DNA of 32,000 nucleotides from Pirellula staleyi DSM 6068 (GTDB lineage Bacteria; Planctomycetota; Planctomycetia; Pirellulales; Pirellulaceae): NCBI GenBank assembly GCA_000025185.1, contig CP001848.1, positions 3,990,001 to 4,022,000 of the forward strand, read 5' to 3'. Shown piece by piece: positions 26,120 to 32,000 of this stretch (position 1 is its first letter; each line of letters starts with the position of its first letter). The notes under the pieces were generated by a model. It saw only the letters and a program-made list of their open reading frames with translations, ran no database searches and was not told where the DNA came from. The position numbers and the translations under genes were made by a program.

Positions 26120-26995
26120 ATGCGATGGCAAGGTAATCGTCAGAGTGATCAGGTTGAAGATCAGCGTGGAGGTCGCTCCGCGCGTGGTCCCGCCCTGGCA
26201 GGCGGCGGCATTGGTTTGATCGTGCTCGTCGTGGTGGTGATGCTCATGGGGGGAAATCCCGAGCAGATTCTGCAGCTGATCGGTCAGCCTCCCGCAGGAG
26301 TCGAGCAGCCTGGCGATCCTGCAGGTGGGGAAGTTGCTGCTACACCTGAGAACGACGAGATCAAGCAGTTCGTAGCCACTGTACTGGCCGATACCGAAGA
26401 TGTCTGGGAGGAGCAGTTTCGCCTCGCGGGACGCAGCTATCAAAAACCGAAGCTGGTGCTATTCACTGGCAATGTAAAATCGGCTTGCGGATTTGCTGAT
26501 AGTGCGATGGGGCCCTTCTATTGTCCCGGCGATGATAAAGTCTATTTAGATTTTAGCTTCTTTGATGAACTAGCACGGCGTTTTGATGCCCCAGGTGATT
26601 TTGCCCAAGCTTATGTGATTGCTCATGAAGTAGGGCATCATGTGCAAAACCTATTAGGTATCACCGATAAGGTGCATCGACAGAAGGGAGAGTTGAGCGA
26701 GGCTGAATATAACCAGCTCTCCGTACGTCTTGAGCTTCAAGCCGACTTTTTCGCAGGAGTCTGGGCTCATCATGCCGACCGGAGCCGCAATCTCCTCGAA
26801 GAAGGGGATGTCGAAGAAGGGCTGCGAGCTGCGACGGCGATTGGCGATGATACTCTGCAAAAACAGGCACGCGGCTATGTAGTCCCCGACTCATTCACGC
26901 ACGGCACCAGTGCCCAGCGCGTACGCTGGTTCAAGAAGGGGCTGACCACCGGAGATATGAGTTTGGGGGACACTTTCTCAGCCGACGAACTCTAA
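26120..26995 (+). CDS. ypfJ: YpfJ-family neutral zinc metallopeptidase
   Basis: Characteristic N-terminus MRWQGNRQSDQVEDQRGG, a TM/Gly-rich segment, SACGFADSAMGPFYCPGDDKVYLD, the zinc motif AHEVGHHVQ and LELQADFFAGVWA. ATG 26120 has GGAG upstream. Confidence 0.88.
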   Translation: MRWQGNRQSDQVEDQRGGRSARGPALAGGGIGLIVLVVVVMLMGGNPEQILQLIGQPPAGVEQPGDPAGGEVAATPENDEIKQFVATVLADTEDVWEEQFRLAGRSYQKPKLVLFTGNVKSACGFADSAMGPFYCPGDDKVYLDFSFFDELARRFDAPGDFAQAYVIAHEVGHHVQNLLGITDKVHRQKGELSEAEYNQLSVRLELQADFFAGVWAHHADRSRNLLEEGDVEEGLRAATAIGDDTLQKQARGYVVPDSFTHGTSAQRVRWFKKGLTTGDMSLGDTFSADEL

Positions 26996-27224
26996 TATTC
27001 CCATTCATAAGTCTCTTGGTTTGTATGTTTGAAATATTCAAGACAATTCAAATTCTATTTGCGAAACAAGTTCGATTTGTTGGGGTTCGATAGGTTTGTG
27101 ATGGATCGTGATATGCCACTAGAAGATTGCGATCCTTCGTGCTTTAACTTTTCTCAAGCAAACTTCGCCAGCCAATTGCCAGCGTCGTTGCCTATTACTC
27201 TTGTCGTGGGAAGGTTGGTTGTTA

Positions 27225-27896
27225 ATGAACGCTCCTTATATCATTCGCTCGCGCCGCACGTTTATGGCGGCTAGCGCAGCAGCCTTTGCCAGCGCACTTT
27301 GGACGACGAAAGGACTCTTCGCCGAGGAACTGATGAAGACTCCTCTGCAAACTGAAGGTCCGTTCTATCCTGATAAATTGCCACTCGATACCGACAACGA
27401 TTTGCTGGTGATCAACGATGGGATCACCCCCGCCGTTGGCACGATCACGCATCTGACGGGCAAGTTGACCGATACCAGTGGCAATCCCATTCGCGGCGCT
27501 ATGATTGAAATCTGGCAGTGCGATAACAACGGTGCTTACCTGCACAGCGGAACGGGCAATCGTGAAAAACGGGATGGTAACTTCCAAGGTTTCGGGCGAT
27601 TCTTCACTGGCGCGACTGGCGAGTATTATTTCCGGACCATCAAGCCGGTTGCTTATCCCGGACGGACACCGCACATTCATGTGGCGGTGAAACGTCCCGG
27701 GGCCGAGATGTTCACCACTCAGTGCTATATCAAGGGTGAAGCCCAAAACGAACGGGATGGTGTACTACGCGGCGTTCGTGATTTGAAAGCCCGCGAACTG
27801 TTGCTCGCGAGTTTCGAGCCGATTAAAGAATCGAAGATTGGCGAACTAGCTGCCAGCTTTAATATCGTTGTCGGAGCCACACCGACGCAGGGCTGA
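27225..27896 (+). CDS. TAT-exported intradiol ring-cleavage dioxygenase (protocatechuate 3,4-dioxygenase beta-subunit-like)
   Basis: Twin-arginine signal IIRSRRTFMAASAAAFASALW. TEGPFYPD, IEIWQCDNNGAYLH and YYFRTIKPVAYPGRTPHIHV carry the Tyr/Tyr/His-x-His iron-ligand pattern of intradiol dioxygenases. ATG 27225 has GGAAGG about 10 nt upstream. Confidence 0.85.
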   Translation: MNAPYIIRSRRTFMAASAAAFASALWTTKGLFAEELMKTPLQTEGPFYPDKLPLDTDNDLLVINDGITPAVGTITHLTGKLTDTSGNPIRGAMIEIWQCDNNGAYLHSGTGNREKRDGNFQGFGRFFTGATGEYYFRTIKPVAYPGRTPHIHVAVKRPGAEMFTTQCYIKGEAQNERDGVLRGVRDLKARELLLASFEPIKESKIGELAASFNIVVGATPTQG

Positions 27897-27992
27897 TCTC
27901 CCATCAATCTTGGTATTAGTTGAAACTGTATGTAATGGAGGCTGCAACGAGTTCCGTGGTCGCCTTGGCATCTGCTGTTTGATATGCTCCGG

Positions 27993-28037
27993 GCCGATGG
28001 CTGTACCTCTAGCGAGGTAGCTTCCATCGGCTTTTTT
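27993..28037 (+). terminator. Rho-independent terminator downstream of the dioxygenase gene
   Basis: The outer stem GCCGATGG (27993-28000) pairs with CCATCGGC (28024-28031). It encloses an inner stem TACCTC/GAGGTA with loop TAGC. TTTTTT follows immediately (28032-28037). Confidence 0.8.
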
Positions 28038-28077
28038 CATAGATGCTGATCTCGTAACGAATCTATAGGAGTCTGTC

Positions 28078-28503
28078 ATGGATCTCGTCGATGCCTATCC
28101 GATTATTGTGACCGATAAACTGGGGGCATGTCGCGACTTCTATGCCAAGTGGTTTGGGCTGGAGGTGATTTTCGAGTCGTCGTGGTTTGTCTACCTGGCG
28201 CGGCAAGGTGCGCGGCCTTGGAGCATCGCTTTTATGGCTCCCGAGCATCCGAGCGCACCTCCCGGTCCAGAGCCGTTCAGCGGCCACGGGGTTTGTCTCG
28301 AGTTGCAAACAGCCGATGCGACAGCCGAGTTTCAAAAGCTCTCGGCTGCTGGTGCGCCGATTCGCTATGCACTCACTGATGAACCGTTTGGCCAGCGGAG
28401 GTTTGGACTTTTTGATCCTGCGGGGCTGTGGATCGACGTCGTTGAGCAAATCGAGCCAGCTGCAGGTTTTTGGGATAAGTACATGATCGGTCCGGCCAAC
28501 TAG
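28078..28503 (+). CDS. VOC-family (glyoxalase/bleomycin-resistance fold) protein
   Basis: 141 aa. MDLVDAYPIIVTDKLGACRDFYAKWFGLEV... and ...DEPFGQRRFGLFDPAGLWIDVVEQ are typical of the beta-alpha-beta-beta-beta VOC module. AGGAG Shine-Dalgarno-like sequence at 28065-28069. Confidence 0.8.
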   Translation: MDLVDAYPIIVTDKLGACRDFYAKWFGLEVIFESSWFVYLARQGARPWSIAFMAPEHPSAPPGPEPFSGHGVCLELQTADATAEFQKLSAAGAPIRYALTDEPFGQRRFGLFDPAGLWIDVVEQIEPAAGFWDKYMIGPAN

Positions 28504-28547
28504 CCACAAACTAACCCGAGAAGATGCTAGGTCGAGATACGAAAAAA

Positions 28548-28580
28548 GGAGAGCCGTGCTTCGGGTAAGCACGACTCTCC
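28548..28580. terminator. hairpin terminator between convergent genes (stronger for the minus-strand gene)
   Basis: GGAGAGCCGTGCT - TCGGGTA - AGCACGACTCTCC gives a 13-position stem with one C:A mismatch. An A6 run at 28542-28547 supplies the U-tract for the minus-strand transcript. The T-rich GGTTGTTTGGTTGG on the plus side is a weaker tract. Confidence 0.65.
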
Positions 28581-28645
28581 CGAGTGGTTGTTTGGTTGGA
28601 TAAGCGGTCTCTTTAGACTCGCCAGCTCTGTTCAGGTTCCGTGGA

Positions 28646-29176
28646 CTATTCTTCGCACACTTCTTTGTAGAACGGAGCAAGCTGCGAGAAGTAGTAGTTC
28701 AAAAATTTCGCCATGGTGGTCTTCTTCGACCCGGCCACGACGAGGTCGGCACCCATGCTCACTGAAGTGTCGGAGAGGATGCAGGCCTTCGTGATGTAGT
28801 GGTTGCGGTTCCAATCGTTCACCTTTTTCAAGGTGGCGTTGTGTTCTTCCACGAAGTAGTTCACCTGAAGCAGATCGCCACCATTGGGAACCACGACGAG
28901 CACGCGACGTCCTTCGTAGGTGACGAAGATTGCGTCGGGGCTATCTTCCTTCGTGGATGGAACATGCTGCAGGTCCTTGTAGCCTTCGGCCTTCAGGACT
29001 TCGATCACCACGTCGGGCGAGAGCTTCTCGATAATTTTGTCGGCTGCGCCGGCACCACCTCCGTTGCCTGCGTTGCCGATGAGTCCGCCCAGTGGTGGTG
29101 CATCTTGGGCAGCGAGGGTGCTCGTGGTGAGTAGGGTGGCGAAGACTACCAGCGAGGCCAAAAGTGGACGGAACAT
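28646..29176 (-). CDS. secreted YbjN-like (putative sensory-transduction-regulator fold) protein
   Basis: Signal MFRPLLASLVVFATLLTTSTLAAQ, a Gly-rich linker GNAGNGGGAGAA, then a roughly 130-aa domain whose pattern resembles the YbjN family: LKKVNDWNRNHYITKACILSDTSVSMGADLVVAGSKKTTMAKFLNYYF. ATG 29176 has GGAG upstream; the ORF track TTG is at 29182. The family call is from memory only. Confidence 0.55.
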   Translation of the reverse strand: MFRPLLASLVVFATLLTTSTLAAQDAPPLGGLIGNAGNGGGAGAADKIIEKLSPDVVIEVLKAEGYKDLQHVPSTKEDSPDAIFVTYEGRRVLVVVPNGGDLLQVNYFVEEHNATLKKVNDWNRNHYITKACILSDTSVSMGADLVVAGSKKTTMAKFLNYYFSQLAPFYKEVCEE

Positions 29177-29269
29177 AAACAACTCCAGGGTGAAGGTCCG
29201 TTGCAGGACCGGTGATTATCGACGCTTCCAATCGGAGACACTAACGGTGTCCGAGTGAGGGACAGGAAT

Positions 29270-30166
29270 TTACTTAGCGAGCCGATAGGGCTTGCTGTTT
29301 TGGTAGAGCGATAGACGCTCGCTAAAGGATTTGTGAGTTTCGCTTTGAACCGGCACCAGTTCGAGCGCTTTCTCGATCCAGCGAATCGCGGCTGCGAAGT
29401 CGCCTGTTTCAGCAGCAGCGGCGGCCAGTGTATCGAGAATCTCGGGGCGGTTGTACTTCGTGAGTTCGCACGCTTTGGTGGCGTCGGCGAGGGCCTGTTT
29501 GCCACTGCGATATTGATCATCGGGGCACGTGGCGAGCATCCAGCCGCGGTTGTTGAGCGCGGTGGTGTTGGCCGGGTTCAGCCTCACGGCGCTACCAAAA
29601 TCTTGAAGCGCCCGGTCGTAGTTGTTTTTGGCTCCATGCGCGACACCGCGCAAGTTGAATGCTTCGCTCGATTCGGGTTTCAGGCGAAGCGCCGTCGTGA
29701 AGTCCGAAATTGCCCGGTCGGCATCACCTTGGTCGATGTAGATGTTGCCGCGGCTGAGATAAGCGGCCGGAAATTGCGGGTCGAGCTGGATGACCTTGCT
29801 GTATCCGGCCAGTGCTTCGGCGATATTCCCTTGGCTATGTTGGGTCGCTGCCAAGTGGTAGTGGGGCCACGGTTTGTGAGGCTCTTTGGCACTCAACTGG
29901 CTGTAGTAGTTGGCCGCTTCTTCCATCGGAATGAGATGGATCTTCTTCACCCAGCCGGAGCCAACCCAGACCCATTTATTGCGGTCGACGGTGGGAACAA
30001 GCGGAAGGGGAATCGCCTCGCTCGAGACCGTTTCAGCGCGAACCTTGAACGTCGCCTCTTGGCGAGGCATGAACTTGCGGCCGATCCATTCGCTTGTTTC
30101 CGCGCTGGCGATGCCAGGCAGAAGCAGAACCAGGGAGAGCAACATGAAGTGATGCGGCAAGTTCAT
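29270..30166 (-). CDS. secreted TPR-repeat protein
   Basis: Signal MNLPHHFMLLSLVLLLPGIASA-ETSE (ATG 30166, GGAGG upstream). At least four TPR units follow, for example IAEALAGYSKVIQLDPQFPAAYLSRGNIYIDQGDADRAISDFTTALRLKPESSEAFNLRGVAHGAKNNYDRALQDFGSAVRLNPANTTALNNRG. Confidence 0.8.
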   Translation of the reverse strand: MNLPHHFMLLSLVLLLPGIASAETSEWIGRKFMPRQEATFKVRAETVSSEAIPLPLVPTVDRNKWVWVGSGWVKKIHLIPMEEAANYYSQLSAKEPHKPWPHYHLAATQHSQGNIAEALAGYSKVIQLDPQFPAAYLSRGNIYIDQGDADRAISDFTTALRLKPESSEAFNLRGVAHGAKNNYDRALQDFGSAVRLNPANTTALNNRGWMLATCPDDQYRSGKQALADATKACELTKYNRPEILDTLAAAAAETGDFAAAIRWIEKALELVPVQSETHKSFSERLSLYQNSKPYRLAK

Positions 30167-30315
30167 CGTCGTACGCCTCCGCAGGCACGCTCGATCGGTG
30201 GTTGGAATGGAACAGGGGAGAGGCATTTCGCGCCGCATTATGGAGCGACTCGAGTTTGCATGCAATTGAATCCGGTGAATTTGTAAAGAAGCGATCGCGA
30301 AAGCATGGTCGAAGC

Positions 30316-31428
30316 TCAACGGGACGTCGCTTTTTGCTTGACAGCTTCGGCCCAGCGTTCGATTCGAGTTTCGATGATCGATTCCTTGCCGCTTGGTTCA
30401 CGCACGATCATGCGCATGGCGACATCGGCCTGCGACTGGGCGAGTTTGGCTCCCCGATCAGGGCCAAGGATGGAAATCGCGGATGCGAGTCCATCGGCCA
30501 GCAGGCCAGTTGGCGCGATCACCGTTACGCTGCTCTGCCGCTCGATTCCCAGACCGGTGCGGGGATCGATCAGATGGGAATAGCGTCTTCCGTCGACAAT
30601 TAAATGCTGCCGCGAATCCCCCGACGTGCTGATGGCACAGTTGGCGGCGACGACGAAGAAATCGGGCTTGGCGTCGGGATCGATCGGCGCGAGGCCAACA
30701 CGCCAACCTTTCTCGCCCGGCGGGGGATCGCCGAGGGCAAAATCGCCACTCCCACGCACCATCGCCCTCGGAAAACCAAGCTGCTGAAGTACAGCGAGCC
30801 CCTCCTGAGCGGCAAAGCCCTTGGCAATTCCGCCGAGATCGAGCCGCATTCGAGCGCGGGTGAGCTCGGCGGTCTTCTTGGCGTGATCGAGCTTCAAATG
30901 CTGTTGTCCGGTGCACGCGAGCGCCTCTTGCAACTGCTCGGCACCAGGAAGTGCTTGCTGGCGACGGGCCCGGCGCCAAAGCTTGGTGAGTGAACCGAGG
31001 GTGACATCGAACGCACCGTCGGATTGCGCACTTAGCTCGTCAGCCGCCGCGAGAACACGATAGAGATCGTCTGACAGCGGAATCGGCTTGGAGGTTGGGG
31101 CGGAGTCGCTCAGCTTCGAGAGTTCGCTCGTGGGGCTGTAGTCGCTGAGGATTTTGTCGAGCTGCTCGATGCGTGCCATCGCTGCATCGATAGCAGCCAT
31201 CGCATCGCGGTCGGATTTGCCGTCGACCTGATAAACGATCACTTCCCATTCCACCCCCATGTGCAGCGCACGTTTCTCGAAGCGAACAGGCTCGCTGGCG
31301 AGCACGCAGCTGCAAGCAAGCATCGCTAGCGCGGCGCAGATTGTGGCCAACTGGTGCCTTGCAGAACAGCAGCGCGGCGGAGCTTGGCTCGAGATTGGTT
31401 GGGGCATGCGTCTTGGAGCCACCAGCAT
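30316..31428 (-). CDS. apbE: FAD:protein FMN transferase (ApbE family), probably membrane/lipid anchored
   Basis: ApbE blocks: HMGVEWEVIVY, DGAFDVTLGSLTKLW, LDLGGIAKGFA, AISTSGDSRQHLIVDGRRYSHLIDPRTG. The N-terminal hydrophobic segment ends in ...LAMLACSC and is a possible lipoprotein signal with a non-canonical lipobox. The start is ATG 31428 or ATG 31407. Confidence 0.88.
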   Translation of the reverse strand: MLVAPRRMPQPISSQAPPRCCSARHQLATICAALAMLACSCVLASEPVRFEKRALHMGVEWEVIVYQVDGKSDRDAMAAIDAAMARIEQLDKILSDYSPTSELSKLSDSAPTSKPIPLSDDLYRVLAAADELSAQSDGAFDVTLGSLTKLWRRARRQQALPGAEQLQEALACTGQQHLKLDHAKKTAELTRARMRLDLGGIAKGFAAQEGLAVLQQLGFPRAMVRGSGDFALGDPPPGEKGWRVGLAPIDPDAKPDFFVVAANCAISTSGDSRQHLIVDGRRYSHLIDPRTGLGIERQSSVTVIAPTGLLADGLASAISILGPDRGAKLAQSQADVAMRMIVREPSGKESIIETRIERWAEAVKQKATSR

Positions 31429-31544
31429 GGGTGGCGGCTGTCGGGAGGGGCGTTAGTGAGGAAGTATTAAGTTTAACAGCTGCGAAGGTTTGTGCCTCAT
31501 TCGATCTTGACGACTCATGGCTAGAGACCTATTTTTCGCGACCT

Positions 31545-32000
31545 ATGTTGTCCCCCCGATCCATTCTTGCTGCCGCGCTGCTCGCGTTCGCCTGCCTCAC
31601 CGCACTAGGCGACGACGATGTTCTTGCGCCTCGCAGTGGCTTTTTGCTGCTGAGAAACGGCGAGCTTTTGGATGGCGAAATCACCCGCGCTGGCGACTTT
31701 TTTGTGGTGACGCGTGGAAGCGGTATCGAAATCCGCATGAACGCGAGCGAGGTCGAGTTCTATTGTCGAACGCTCGGTGAAGCTTACGAGCGTAAAGCGG
31801 CCGCGCTGCGCGTGGGCGATAAGCGGAGCGTGCTCGAACTGGCACAGTGGTGCTTGCGGCATCGGCTCTATAGCGAGTGCGATGCACAGCTCGCTGCGGC
31901 TGAAACTTTGCACAACGATCAAGAGAAACTCGATCCCATGATCGAGCTGCTCCGATCGCGCCTGCAGGTGGTGCAGGAAGTTCCAGCCCCGGCCAGCAGT
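31545..32000 (+). CDS. hypothetical secreted protein (C-terminus outside the window)
   Basis: My own translation from ATG 31545 is open to the window end, 152 codons: MLSPRSILAAALLAFACLTALGDDDVLAPRSGFLLLRNGELLDGEITRAGDFFVVTRGSGIEIRMNASEVEFYCRTLGEAYERKAAALRVGDKRSVLELAQWCLRHRLYSECDAQL... It has a signal-peptide-like N-terminus. It is missing from the ORF track because no stop codon is reached. The listed 31517-31780 ORF is a different, Arg-rich frame. Confidence 0.55.
   Translation, partial: MLSPRSILAAALLAFACLTALGDDDVLAPRSGFLLLRNGELLDGEITRAGDFFVVTRGSGIEIRMNASEVEFYCRTLGEAYERKAAALRVGDKRSVLELAQWCLRHRLYSECDAQLAAAETLHNDQEKLDPMIELLRSRLQVVQEVPAPASS

Noticed and set aside
27029..27274. 81-aa TTG-initiated ORF in the AT-rich spacer
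   Set aside because: It has a non-ATG start and no Shine-Dalgarno-like sequence, lies in the most AT-rich non-coding stretch, and overlaps the real start of the dioxygenase gene in another frame.
29333..30286. 317-aa plus-strand ORF
   Set aside because: It is antisense to the TPR-repeat gene, whose repeats and signal peptide are clear. The translation is Arg/Gly/Ala/Val-rich with no recognisable domain.
30167..30319. TTG-initiated N-terminal extension of the TPR gene overlapping the apbE stop (another TTGA junction)
   Set aside because: The 51 extra residues would bury an otherwise perfect N-terminal signal peptide (MNLPHHFMLLSLVLLLPGIASA). ATG 30166 has a GGAGG Shine-Dalgarno-like sequence at proper spacing, so the internal ATG is preferred.
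1..32000. CRISPR arrays, tRNA/rRNA genes, IS elements, prophage or known defence-system genes
   Set aside because: I scanned the intergenic gaps and the ORF translations. I found no regularly spaced direct repeats, no cloverleaf-like tRNA candidates, and no transposase, integrase, nuclease or helicase signatures. The absence is judged by eye only and should be confirmed with tRNAscan-SE, Infernal, ISfinder and DefenseFinder.

Overview
GC-rich chromosomal segment whose gene content points to Planctomycetota, probably Pirellulales-like. The markers are a DUF1559 protein with a prepilin-type N-terminus, two paralogous PSCyt(DUF1549/DUF1553)+DUF1501 gene pairs, and many Sec/TAT-exported enzymes. 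I support 27 protein-coding genes (2 truncated by the window edges), 2 intrinsic terminators and 1 candidate operator. I saw no rRNA, tRNA, CRISPR array, transposase, integrase or recognisable defence genes.

Modules, left to right:
- DUF1559 gene, then a low-GC orphan ORF with a small membrane partner.
- PSCyt/DUF1501 pair 1, with a divergent PAS-AraC regulator.
- tetR-devB-devC-devA tripartite exporter operon with a palindromic operator.
- Three secreted glycan-active enzymes: a clan GH-A hydrolase, a CE7-like esterase and an alpha/beta hydrolase.
- A translationally coupled cassette: membrane-anchored SGNH hydrolase, NodU/CmcH carbamoyltransferase, SxtJ-like and SxtK/DUF5989-like proteins.
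- PSCyt/DUF1501 pair 2, which carries a CBM-like insert.
- DUF202 protein, YpfJ Zn-peptidase, TAT-exported intradiol dioxygenase, VOC protein, secreted YbjN-like protein, secreted TPR protein and ApbE flavin transferase.

The best candidate for an undescribed system is the stand-alone carbamoyltransferase/SxtJ/SxtK-like cassette at 15947-20049, which has no known substrate or function. All family calls come from reading motifs by eye, with no database search, so they remain hypotheses until HMM or BLAST confirmation. Several start codons were moved inward from the ORF track on the basis of signal peptides and Shine-Dalgarno-like sequences.
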